From positions 52,142,001 through 52,206,000 of the forward strand of contig NC_043008.1 of NCBI RefSeq assembly GCF_006345805.1: a stretch of DNA of 64,000 bases. The letters are read 5' to 3'. The number at the start of each line of letters is the position of its first letter. Position 1 is the stretch's first letter. Under the pieces are notes generated by a model, which was not told the DNA's origin, did not search any database, and was given only the letters and a program-made list of their open reading frames with translations. The stretch comes from Octopus sinensis (lineage: Eukaryota). Position numbers and translations under genes: made by a program. Of the stretch, positions 1 to 12,684 are shown piece by piece.

Positions 1-195
1 AGGCATAAGGCCTGAAATTTTGGGGGGACTAGTCAGTTACATCAACCCCAGAGTTTCACTGGTACTTAATTTATTGAATTCGGAAGGATGAGAAACAAAG
101 TTGATCTCAGTAGAATTTGAACCAAAAATGCGAAGACAGATGAAATGCCACTAAACATTTTCCCTAGCGGGCTAATGATTCTGCCAGCTTGCTAT
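1..195 (-). mobile_element. tRNA-derived SINE, family A (truncated by window edge)
   Basis: Minus strand reads GCTGGCAGAATCATTAGC...GGTTCAAATTC (B-box-like) followed by the shared CTTTG..CATCC..ATAAATTAAGTACCAG core; further copies at 18925, 21105, 26332 and 50985. Confidence 0.75.
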
Positions 196-223
196 CTTGA
201 ATAATAATGATAATAATAATAAT

Positions 224-644
224 GCTTGTCAGTTGTTTGACCTTAACCAGTTGAGCATGACCCTTAGTGGCTGACGATATGTGCATCTCTGATCACGAGC
301 AGAAGTAGTGGGGGAGCATCATAGCCATGTGTTGAGAGGGATTCTTTGGGGTTTGAATAATTCACCTCTGGAAACATGGGTGGTTCTTTCAACATCCTTA
401 AACAACCCTTATTCAGGGACCTTTTGAGTGGGATGAGCTACTCAACCTGAAGAAAATTCTAACTGGGCCCCACCTGCAAGGTCATGTGCTGTTTATCTTG
501 ATATGAGATCACCATGTCGCGCACATATGGTTGTGATGCATGTGCCTGGTGTACCCTTATCAGACGGGTAGTCAATATGGGTATATTGGGCTTCGTATAT
601 TTTACCCCAGTGTCACTTTGATGGCATGAACTGCTCTCTCACTC

Positions 645-645
<1 letters not shown>
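224..645 (+). repeat. Interspersed repeat with (AAT)n tail, probably a LINE 3' UTR or SINE
   Basis: Flanked on both sides by (AAT)n; its 3' ~300 bp recur in reverse at 46045-46335. Confidence 0.7.
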
Positions 646-695
<50 letters not shown>

Positions 696-916
696 CCTTT
701 CTACTATAAGTACAAGGTCTGATATTTAGTGGAGGGAGATAGTGGGTTACATTGACCCTAGTGCATAACTAGTACTATCTTTACAATGGATTCAGCTGAT
801 AGCTGGATCCATCTCACAGTAATAATAATCCTTTCTGCTATGGGTACAAAGCCTGAAATATCGGTGGAGGAATCTAGTCAATTACATAAACCCCAGTGCT
901 CAACTGATATATATAT

Positions 917-1212
917 ATATTGTCCTTTTCAAGCCTAGCCAGGCTCATGGGCCCGGTTTCACGGTTTCTGTGGCGTATGTGTTCCCCCCAGCTGGATGGG
1001 ATGCCAGTCCATCGCAGCATTACTCAAGAAACAGGAAGGGAGAGTGAGAGAAAGTTGTGGCAAACGAGTACAACAGGGGTTGCCACCACCCCCTGCCGGA
1101 GCCTCGTGGATCTTTAGGTGTTTTCGCTCAATAAACACACACAACGCCTGGTCTGGGAATCGAAACCGCGATCCTCCGACCCTAAGTTCGCTGCCCTAAC
1201 CACTAAGCCATT
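917..1212 (-). mobile_element. tRNA-derived SINE with Deu/Nin-like central domain
   Basis: Head TGGCTTAGTGGTTAG...GTTTCGATTCC (A and B boxes); core GCGATGGACTGGCATCCCATCCAG...CAGAAACCG resembles the Deu/Nin SINE domain. Confidence 0.65.
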
Positions 1213-1429
1213 GCAACTCCACACACACACACACACATACATATACATAATATTATATATATATATATAAAATAATTACAAAATGGGACAAGAACGCAAA
1301 ACATCCGGACAGCTAGGTGATACAAAAAGGGACAACAAAACATCCAGATAGATGATACAAAAAACACGGACGGGTCATTCGAAGCCTTTAGTCTTCAGTC
1401 AAGAACTGGATCATCCACGCAATTTCCGC

Positions 1430-1625
<196 letters not shown>

Positions 1626-1654
1626 TGTATATGGTGCTCAGTTTGTTTATTTGA

Positions 1655-3710
1655 CATTTCATCATCATCATCATCATTTCCTGTGCTTGCATGGGCTGGA
1701 CGGTTTGACATGGAGCTGGCCAGCTAGGGAGTGTCCAGACTCCTATTGTCTATTGTAGCATGGTTTCTATGGTCGAATGCTCTTCCAAGTGCCCACCACT
1801 TTAGAGAGTATACTGGGAGCTTTTTACATGCCACTGACATGTGTGTGTTTATGCAGCACCGGCATGGGTGCATTTCATGTGGCACCTGCACAGTACAAGC
1901 CTGTAAGTATGGAAGACTGCAATTTTACTTAGCTTGACCTATCTTTTCAAATACAGTAAATCACCACAACTTCTGGTCCCTTGTCATTTCCTCAATGAGG
2001 CCCAGCATCTTAAGGACCTTTCTCACTACCTCATCCCATGCCTTCCTGGGTCTACCCTTTCCACAGGTTCTCTCCATAATTAGGGTTCAGCACTTCTTTA
2101 TGCAGCTGTCCTCATCCATACACATCACATGACCAAACCAGTGCAGTCTTCTCTTCTGCACACAACATCTGATGCCTCTTATACCCAGTTTTCCTCTTAA
2201 ATCGTTTACACTTTGTTGTGCATGCACACTGATATTATCCATCCAGTGGAGCATGCTAACCTCATTTCTTTCAGGCCTTTTCAAGTCTTCTGTATTCAAA
2301 GCCCATGTCTCGTTGCTATGTAGCATAGCTGCACATATACAGGCATCATACAATCTACCTTTCTCTCTGAGGAAGAGGCACTTAGTTACCAATAAAAGTA
2401 AAAGCTTCCTGAACTTTGCCTATTTTTATTCTAGCAACTACACTTTCAGATCTTCCTCCACCACCTCTAACTTGGTCTCCTAGATGCTATCTACAACTTC
2501 TAATGATCCCTCTGAGCATTTGATGGGAGTCTATTGTCAGAGCATTTTCAGTGCTTATTGCATATGCATATTTGCCACACACAAAGACTCTTTTTATTGT
2601 TACCCTTCCTATGATACAGCTCTGCTTATGTGTCCAAAGCTTGCACTGGGTACAATGTATGGAGTTTCTATCAACACCCTTCTTACATATTGAGTGGAGC
2701 CATCTCCATGAAGGGACTTGTGATTGCTCTGTTTTCCTATTTACTAGGACTTTGATTTTGATAAATTTACTCTAAGGCCCTTAGATTCCAGGCCTTGCTT
2801 CCACACCTGAAATTTCTTCTCTAGATCAGGTAGTGATTCAGCCATAAGAACAAAGTCATTAGCATAGAGGAGCTCCCAGGGGCAGCTGGTCTTGAATTCT
2901 TCTGTTAAATAAACAAGAGGGGTTGAGAACTGAACCTTGGTGAACTCCTACATGTGCATGTACACTAAATTCATTGTTGTACTCATTGCCAACCTTTACC
3001 TAACTGGCAGCATCCCTGTACATGGTTTGCACAGCTCTCAGTAACCACTCATCTATCCCTAGCTTCTGTATTGATCACTAGATAAGGGAGCAGGGGACCC
3101 CGTCAAAGGCTTTCTCCATGTCTATGAAAGCCAAGTACAGAGGTTTATCTTTGGTCAAATAATTCTCCTACAGTTACTTAACCAGGAATATAGCATCAAT
3201 TATGCTCCTACCTGGCACAAATCCAAACTGCTTCTCATCTATACCAGCTCCCTTCCTAATTAATTGAGCAATGGTCCTTTCTGTGACTTTCATCACCTGG
3301 TCCAACAATTTGATGCCTCCGTAATTATTTTTGTCTGTTGCATCACTTTTATCTTTGTAGCAGCTGACTATAATGCTACTACACCAATAGTGAGGCATGA
3401 CCCCCTTGTGGATAACCTGCTTAACTATACAGGCGACTGCCAGATATTTTAAGCATCTCAGTAGTGATTTCTGATGGGTCAGAGACTTTTCCTATCTTCA
3501 TATCCTTAATGTCTTTATCTGCCAAGCTACTGTTGATTCAGATAGCCGGTCCCCCAGTTAGGTTTACATTTAGCAGACTCTCCTTCTCCCATACATTCTC
3601 TACATTTAGTAGTCTTTCAAAATAACATTTCCAAACCTCTTTCTTCACAGAATCATTAAATGCTAGTGAAACATCCTCCATGTGGATACATTTCTCTCAT
3701 ATGACATCAT
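1655..3710 (-). mobile_element. Degraded RTE-clade LINE (RT to 3' UTR, (GAT)n tail)
   Basis: ORF fragments NYGGIKLLDQVMKV..QFGFVPGRS and GRLYDACICAAMLHSNETW..RRLHWFGHV match the better-preserved copy at 56-58.8 kb. Confidence 0.85.
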
Positions 3711-3962
3711 GGTTTTATCTCACACATGGTCTTGCAATCTGAAAAACTTCAAGTCTCTGTTCTCATGTCACAGAACATTAGAAAACTTACAGAACATTGG
3801 CAAACTGTGGCTAATTTGAATATATAATTAGATATTTTGCATATTTAATCAGATATTGAATTGATTGTTGTGCTAAAAGATACCAGTTAGCACAAGTAAT
3901 CAGCTTATCAAGTTTGATGAGTGAGCTACTAACAGAAATAGAGATATTTACACATAAAAACA

Positions 3963-4130
3963 GATGTAGCTGCATGGTTAAGAAGGTTGCTTTCCAAATA
4001 TGAAGTCTTGGTTTCAGTTCCACTGTATGTCACCTCGGGCAAATTTCATGGGCCAACCAAAGCCTTGTAAGTGGATTTGGTAAAAGGTTACTGAAAGACG
4101 CTCATTGTATTACTACATATGTATGTGTGT
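3963..4130 (+). mobile_element. tRNA-derived SINE head, family B
   Basis: GTAGCTGCATGGTTAAGAAG..GTTTCAGTTCCACTG..GTGGATTTGGTA..CTGAAAGA, the most abundant SINE head in the window. Confidence 0.7.
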
Positions 4131-5659
4131 GTGTCTTTGTGTTGGTGTTTATACTCCACCACCACTTGACAGCCAGTGTTGGTTTATTTACATTCCTATA
4201 TCTTAGAAGTTAGACAATAGAAGGCAATAAAACAAGTTTCATGTAAGTATTGGAGTCGATTTGTTTAACTAAAACCTCACAAGGTGGTGCCCCAGCATGG
4301 CCATAGTTCAATGACAGAAACAAATGAAAGATACAAAATATTAAGTTGAACTGCCATTTATGCACATCAATTGGCTAAACTTTGTCATTTTTTGACCATC
4401 TCTACATTTGAAGGATAAAATTCTCACTGGAAAGGGTCTACTATGGAAAGACAAAACAAATAAAATATTTGCTTTGTTTATAAATTGAAAGCCATGTGGA
4501 AACCATGGAACCCAAAGTGTTTTTTAGCCAATTAATATGTTTGTTTGTTTTTTAAATGCATCTTAAAATCACAATAATTTCTACCAAATTGTATTTCACG
4601 GCAGATTTTGCTTTATGTTAAAGAAACTTTCACTCACAATAATTCCAGAATGATTCCTATTCACATAATTTCTTTACCAAATGAAATCTGTAAGCAAAAT
4701 CTTTGAAATGCAAAACGTTTTGTGTATGTCTAATGTATTTCAAATTTGGTTGTGTTCTACTTGATATTTAAAGAAATTTCTATCTATACTTACATATTTA
4801 TGCTAACAAGATTCCAGTCCTACCCCCACCAACTCATCAATTCTTTATCTGGCTTACACGATATTTCCATTGATTTTGAATTATCTATTTGTGAAACAGA
4901 TAATTCTATTTATTTGAATATGAAACAGAGAAAGAAAACTTGTTACAAAAATTTTTTTGGAAAATGTTTTAAAAAACGTCTATTGTCAGTAAATGTATAT
5001 ATTAATTCTTTAGAAGATAGTAAAGCAGTGAAGAACTGGATGAATGATTTTAAATTCAGTTTCCTAAAATTATTTCGACAACCACCATTCACTGATTTTC
5101 AGAAGAATAAAAGTAGAAATCCACATTTTTTTCAATGATACATATTTATTTGTCTTGTGTTTTTTTTGTTTTTTTTGAGAGAGAATCCAGAATTAAACGC
5201 TATGCTGATTGTTGTGTCCTCTTATACTGTTATCTTTTGTCTCACACTGCTTCTACTAATCTCTCTGTTCAGGTTATTGATATTTAAATTACTCAATTTT
5301 GCAGCTGTATACTTTTAAAAGCATTTCAATATTTCAGCACAATCGATTTATTGTGCAGACGGAAACAATGGAATTATCTGAGAAATGGTAACAAAAATGG
5401 AGGTGGTTTCCTGATTAACTCTTTTGTTCTTCTTGTTTATATCACTTGATCATTTGTCTACATCTTTATCATTGAAAGTTTAATGTTCACATGAAAATCG
5501 ATTGTCCTCTAAATCAATGCTTGTAGGTATTAGTTTTCTGTTGTGTTTTGTTCATTTTTTTTTATAAGAACTAGTATATTCTACACTGACTAACATCTTG
5601 GTTCTTGACAATCTTAGGCACTGTTTCTAACAACAATATTTCTAGGTATAAAGTCAGGT

Positions 5660-5990
5660 GAAGGCACATGGGTCAGTGGTTAGAGGGTTGGGCTCACAGT
5701 AATGAGGTAGTGAGTTTGATTCCCAGACCAGGTGTGTGTTGTGTTCATGAGCAAGACTATTTCATGTTGCTGTGATTCACTCAACTGTAGAAATGAGTTG
5801 TGACATCACTGGTGCCAAGCTGTATTGGTCTTTGCCTTTCCCTTGGATAACATTGGTGGCATGGAGAGGGGAGGCTGGTAAGCATGGGTGACTTCTGGTC
5901 TTCCATAAACAACCTTGCTTGGACTTGTGCCTCGGAGGGTAACTTTCTAGGGTCAATCTCATGGCCATTCATGACTGAAGGGGGTCCCAA
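5660..5990 (+). mobile_element. tRNA-derived SINE, family E
   Basis: GGCACATGGGTCAGTGGTTAG..GTTTGATTCCCAGACC head; related heads at 63425 (+) and 21770-22030 (-). Confidence 0.6.
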
Positions 5991-7364
5991 TCAGTATATT
6001 CTAGGTGAGGAGTTTTAAATAAAGCTTGAACTTATCATAATTGGAGAAGTCGTTCCTAAGATGGCGGGGAAAAACCTAAATCGAAGAAACTGATAGGAAT
6101 AAAGCAAAAATAGCAAGAAAGTCTCCCAATTTAGTAATTCAATTGAGTTTAAACTAAAATGTATCTATCTATTCTTAACGTATTCTGGAAGGTTTGAATA
6201 TGAGTATCTGATTGGCATTATCATTGAAGAAAAATGTCTTCCCTTTAGACAAAATGCTTTTGTTCAAATGGTAAATCATGCAGAACAGCAAGAATCCAAA
6301 CAATAATCTGTTTGTTCAATCACACTACTTCCTGGCAGATTTGAGCATAAATAGTCAAGCACTCTTGCTTTTTACTGTCAAGAACATCTTCCTTTTCAGG
6401 ATGTGTGTTCATAATACATGCAATTCACTGGTGTAAAGGGTCTCTGAGACACCACAGCATTTTGATCTCACTGTATGTCTCTTTCAGAGGACTGTGCCGT
6501 GTTCCACTGTCTGCTTTGGCATGATTTCCACCATTGGATGCCCTTCCTAATGCTAACCATTTTACAAAGTGTACTTGGTATTTTTCTCTTAGTACTGGCT
6601 CCAGTGAGATCACTGGGTAATTTACAAGACAAGACCACTCAACTGAGAGTGGCAAGGAAGTATTGAAGGAGGTGAAAGCATGATTGAGGGACAGGAGCAG
6701 GAGCTTGAAGTGAAGACACATGGTTTTACCAGCTAGAAAGGGAGAAAAGATGGTGAAAATGAGGTGTCAGAGTGTGTCCTCAAGTTACAGGAAGATGAAT
6801 ATAAGAGAAATGGAACATAAAAATGGACAGGTCAAGTGGTTAAATAAGATTGTGAGAATGTGACTGGGAAATGACATATGGACAGAGGTGAATGGTGGAC
6901 ATTGGTTGGAGTACAGGCAGTGGTGAAAATCAGTTTGATTGGGAAGATGTAGAGAGGGGAGTGAGTTAAGGAGGTAATAGGAAGCAGCACAGATGAAGTG
7001 AAGTGTGTCGGGAAGGATGCAAAAGAGATGCATAGTGATAGGAACGAGATCATAGGTAGATAGTGGTGGAAATAGTGAGTAACAGGCAGAGGAACTGCAA
7101 GATGCCATTGAATGAAAGGATGTACAGGAGAAAATGTGTACAAGAGAAACAAGAGAAAGTGAGTGTTCAGCAAAAAATAATGTGGCAAATGATAATATAG
7201 AGAATGAGAGAGACAAAAGGAGTGGTTCCAGGTAGGGTGATAACTGGTGGCACAAAAGTGGGGAATATACTGCTGTCTCATATCATTATACCATTGTGTC
7301 ATACTCAGAAGAATGATGGGGGGATGGGTGTTAGGAAGATGAGATGCAGAGAAGACAACCTTCA

Positions 7365-7610
7365 GGTACAGATTGGTTGCAGGGACACAGACCTCAAGTT
7401 GGGCCATTAATTCATCCAGTATTGTGGAGAGGAGAATGCCTAGTTCCTTTTTAAAGACATCTATATCTACATTGAGTACGCTTCTTAATTTTTGTGGTAG
7501 GTCTTTGAAGACCTGTGGGCCTTTGAACCCTAAGCTATTGCAGTATCTGGTCTTGAATTTATATGGATCGGGTGGTACCTTTAGTACAATAGAACAGTAC
7601 CTAATCTGAA
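7365..7610 (-). mobile_element. CR1/L2-type LINE ORF2 3' end relic
   Basis: Minus frame YCNSLGFKGPQVFKDLPQKLR..DVFKKELGILLSTILDE fits the CR1-group C-terminal GPxLFNxLP..FKxxLD pattern. Confidence 0.55.
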
Positions 7611-7624
7611 CTCTCTTTACTCTC

Positions 7625-7829
7625 TTTACTCTTTTACTTGTTTCAGTCATTTGACTGTGGCCATGCTGGAGCACCGCCTTTAGTCGAGCAAATCGACCCC
7701 GGGACTTATTCTTTGTAAGCCCAGTACTTATTCTATTGGTCTCTTTTGCCGAACCGCTTAGTGACAGGGACGTAAACACAGCAGCATCAGTTGTCAAGCA
7801 ATGCTAAGGGGGCAAACACAGACACACAA

Positions 7830-7862
<33 letters not shown>

Positions 7863-8026
7863 CATATATACGACAGGCTTCTTTCAGTTTCCGTCTACCA
7901 AATCCACTCACAAGGCATTGGTCGGCCCGGGGCTATAGCAGAAGACACTTGCCCAAGATGCCATGCAGTGGGACTGAACCCGGAACCATGTGGTTGGTTA
8001 GCAAGCTACTTACCACACAGCCACAC
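7625..8026 (-). mobile_element. Full-length composite SINE (family B head, internal microsatellite, body, (AAAGAGT)n tail)
   Basis: Same arrangement at 9445-9830 and 22045-22392; tail GACTGAAACAAGTAAAAGAGTAAAGAG. Confidence 0.8.
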
Positions 8027-8289
8027 CTGAACATTTGTATAACACTAAATGTCAAAATTAGGTGCTAGCCCTTCCAGAATTTTCCATACGTAGATTATTA
8101 CATATCTGTCACATCTTCCTTCAAGGTAGTAAAGTCATAGTTCTTCCAGCCTCCTGTTTGTAGCTCATCTGCTGCACTGTTACACTCTTTTTAGTGTAGT
8201 GAGGTTGGACTGTTTCAAGCTCTGCTGGCCATTATTCTTCAAGTGCTGACATCGGCATTTCTGGTTACAACATACACTTTTCCATATTT

Positions 8290-8450
8290 ACATGGCTGTG
8301 TGATTAAGAAGTTTATTTCCCAACCACGAGGCTTCAGGTTCGATTCCACTGCATGGTACACTGGACAAATGTCTTCTGCCACGGCCCAAGGCTGACCAAG
8401 TCCTTGTAAGTGGATTTGATCGAAAGAAACTGAAAGAAGCCCATCGTATG
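8290..8450 (+). mobile_element. SINE family B head
   Basis: CATGGCTGTGTGATTAAGAAG..CAGGTTCGATTCCACTGC. Confidence 0.75.
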
Positions 8451-8739
8451 CGTGTATGTGTGTGTGCACATGCATGTATGTATTATGTATGTATGCTCGT
8501 ATGTATGCCTGCATGCATATATGCATGCATGTATGTGTGTGTGTGGGGGCCTATGTGCATACATGTGTGCGAGCATGTGTGTGCATGTGTGTGTATGTGT
8601 GTGCATGCGTGTGTGAATGTGTCTGTTAGTGTCACATTATCTTGACATCATGTGGTTGTAAATGAATGTCATTCATTTCCAATATTCTGCAAAATCATGT
8701 CTGGCCACGAGGCAATATTTTGGTGTCAAGACAAGGAAA

Positions 8740-9041
8740 CAGAAACATACATACACTCACACATGCATACATAATGCATGCACACATGCATATATACACA
8801 CACATATACGTACACACATGCATACATGAACATACACACACTTACACACATGCATGCATACATACATACATATATACATACATACATACATACATACTTA
8901 CATACATACTTACATACATATATACATACATACATACATATATACATACATACATACATACATACATACATACATACTTACATACATACTTACATACATA
9001 CATACATACATATATACATACATACATACATACATACATAC

Positions 9042-9095
<54 letters not shown>

Positions 9096-9250
9096 TCATA
9101 CATGCAAACATACATACATACATACATACATACATGCATATATACATACATACGTACATACATACATACACACACATACATACATACATGCATGCATATA
9201 TACATACATACATACATACACACATACATACATACACACGTACATACATC
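8740..9250. repeat. (CATA)n compound microsatellite
   Basis: Direct inspection. Confidence 0.95.
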
Positions 9251-9444
9251 TGAGATTCTTATGTGAATAGATCCACACACTTTAGTGTTTGAATCAACTG
9301 TTCACGCAACACACCAGCTGAACCACATATTTACAAACACCAAGAACTTTCTGGGCTCAAAACGTCTTGTCACTTTGGTAGTGACCAGCTTCAACTCTCT
9401 CAAGATGAACTTCAATAAAACTCCAAAAAAATCACACTCATTTA

Positions 9445-10005
9445 CTTGTTTCATTCATTTGACTGTGGCCATGCTAAAGCACAGCCTTTAGTTGAGCAAA
9501 TCGACCCCAGGACTTATTCTTTGTAAGCCTAGTACTTATTCTATCGGTCCCTTTTGCCGAACTGCTAAGTGACGGGGATGTAAACACACCAGCATTGGTT
9601 GTCAAGCGATGTTGGGAGGGATAAACACAACACACAAACATACACACATACACATATATATATATACATACATATATACGACGGGCTTCTTTCAGTTTCC
9701 GTCTACCAAATCCACTCACAAGGCTTTGGTCGGCCCGAGGCTATAGTAGAAAACACTTGCCCAAGGTGCCACGCAGTGGGACTGAACCCGGAACCATGTG
9801 GTTTGTAAGCAAGCTACTTACCACACAGCCAACATACATACATGTAAAATAACAGGCTTCTTTCAGTTTCCATCAACCAAATCTACTTATAAGGTTTTGG
9901 TCAGCCAAGAGCTACAGGAGAAGACACTTGCTCAAGGTGTCAAATAGTGGGACTGAACATGAAACCATGCACTTTGGAAATAAACTTCTTAACTATACAG
10001 CCATG
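9445..10005 (-). mobile_element. Composite SINE (9445-9830) plus an adjacent SINE B head (9850-10005)
   Basis: Highly similar to 7625-8026. Confidence 0.8.
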
Positions 10006-11071
10006 TCTGAAATAATACAATGACAGGGCATTGGTGAAGAACTCTTTTTACCTATGAAGGACGGCTGCTTGAAAACATTCTCAAGTTAAATAAACACCAC
10101 AACTAACGGATTAGTAAGTTCAAACCTCACTGTGGTTAACTTTGCTTTCCATTCTTTGTGGGTGGGGGTTGATTAATCAAATAACAACCTAAATACTGGT
10201 AGTCCATTCTTCTTCTTCTTCTCCTCCTCCTCCTCCTCCTCCTTCTTCTTCTTCTTCTTCTCCTCTCCTTCTCCCTTCTCCATTTCTCCTCCTTCTCCCT
10301 TTCCCCACCATTTCCTCCTCCTTTTCCTGCCTCCTCTTTCCCTCTGTCACCTTCTCCTTCTCCTTCTCTTGGAATTATGGGTACTTTGTGCTATGAGAAG
10401 GATTGTTAGGGAACATTCACAATGGATTTTTTTTTTCTCTTGAAATGGAGAAATATTGAGCAAATGGGTTAGCAATTTATTATTCAAAGAAAAAAACCAA
10501 TATGCTACTTACTGGCGCTAACCAAAGAGGAACTAAAAATGCTGTACAGCATAGAACAGCAATAATAAAAAAAAAACAAAAAAAAACTTCAATAAAAGAC
10601 CAAAAACAACATAAACATCATTATTACAAGTCAGGCAAAGGCAAGAACCAATATCATTAAGCAAAAATAAAGAAATCATTATCAGAAGACAAGTAATTAT
10701 CAGGTTCAGAAAAAAAATTCTTTTAAAAAAACAGAATATAAGTATTTTTCTGTGTGAGTCAGTGACTTTTTCAAATGGAGGTTCACAACAATAACATTAT
10801 CTGCAGTAATAATAACTGTTATCAACTGTTATTGTTGTTGTTGTTGTTATTGTAGATGTTCCAGTTGTTTCCTAAAGACATTATACTTTCAATAACATTG
10901 GCTCTTTGAAGTGTCTGAAAATTATGTAAAATTCTCACTCTGTCTTTGGTTTTATCTGACTTTGATAATAACGGTTCTTCTTTTAATCTCCTCTTACTCC
11001 TGGGCTTCTTTCTGCCCCCCTGTTTACTTTTTTCTCCCACTCTCTCTTTACTTGTTAGTCTCGTTCTTATT

Positions 11072-11120
<49 letters not shown>

Positions 11121-11221
11121 TATACACACACACTGATACATACACACAAACATATATATATAAATATGTATATGTATATCTATATTCACATGCCTATATT
11201 TATTATGCATGTATGTGTGAA

Positions 11222-11274
<53 letters not shown>

Positions 11275-12298
11275 ATATATACACATACATATATATACAT
11301 ACATACATATATATATATACATATAATATATATGTATATACATACACACATACATATGTGTGTGTATATATCTTATAGCCCTTACAGCACTGAAAATTTT
11401 TGTAAACACCATTGCATTTAGCATTCAGACGTACATGAGTATGTATATACAAGTATACTTACACACGTGTGCGTATATTTATGCATACACATACACATAT
11501 ATATTTCATCATCATCATCATCATCATCCTCATCATCATTTTAACACTCACTTTTCCATGACCGTGTAGGTAAAGCGAGGTTTCATTGAAACAGATTTTC
11601 TCTGGTCTGATGTCCTTTCTTTCACCAACCCTCATTGGCCAGCCAGGTTTCTATGGAAGGTAACCAACAATTGACATCACTTGTATGACAGTGGTGTTTG
11701 TTTATGATCAATGACCTGTGTCTGCACTCATGCACTCACACATATGCTTGCACACACATGCATACCACTTCATTTAAATGTCAGGGTTTTTTCATGCCGG
11801 TATGGTTCACATGGGAGAAAACAGAGGCAGAATGTTTATGGCTGAATGTTCTTCCCAGCACCAACCTTTACTTGTTTATTCAAGTAAAGGATTTTCCTTT
11901 AATTTTCAGAAGAATTGCTTGACAGAAAATATCAGTGGACATCACTGTTTGTAGCCATAGCTTGGTATAAACATTCACAGATACACACATACACATACAT
12001 ATATACACATATCATTTAATGTACACAGTATAAAGAAACAAACAACTAATAATTTCTTGATTTGGTGACACAAATCTAAGCAGGTCTCCAAGGCAAGAAA
12101 CTATTAGCTGCTTGTAACTTCTTACTGCATACATTAAATGACACTGCCTAGTGTTTTTTTTATATTTTGATAAGCCTGGTACTTATTCTATCAGTTTCTT
12201 CTGGTGAAACCAGTAAGCTAAGGGGGTGTAAACAAACGAACACCAGTTGTGAAGCAGTGATGAGGACGAAACACAGAGACAAAGACACACGCATACAC

Positions 12299-12339
<41 letters not shown>

Positions 12340-12684
12340 CAATTGATTTCTTTCAGTTTCTGTCTACAAAATCTACTGACAAGGCTTTGGATGGTCTGAG
12401 GCTATAACAGAAGACACATGCCAAGTTACCACACAGTGGGAATGAACTGAGGACCATGTGCTTTGGAACCAAGTTTGTTACCACACAGCCACACCTGCAC
12501 CTACGTATGTGTGTGTGGTGTGGGGGGGATATGTGTGTATGGGTATATATATGTATGCATGTATATATGTGTATGTATATGTGTACATATCACATGTACA
12601 TCTAGCTATACATATACATGTATACATATACATGTATATATATACATCCATATATATACATGTATACACACATGGTGATGGGAG

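Noticed and set aside
1360-1410. CTGAAGA-CTAAAGGCTTC-GAAT (minus) in a (TA)n-flanked repeat
   Set aside because: GAAT instead of GAAA and no valid stems II/III; it may be a decayed relative but is not supportable.
6057-6068. AAGATGGCG YY1-like motifs (also at ~32057)
   Set aside because: Short isolated motifs with no other promoter evidence.
6832-7797. 321-aa minus-strand ORF
   Set aside because: A patchwork of an antisense SINE, a CR1 3' relic and pyrimidine-rich low-complexity sequence; no coherent domain.
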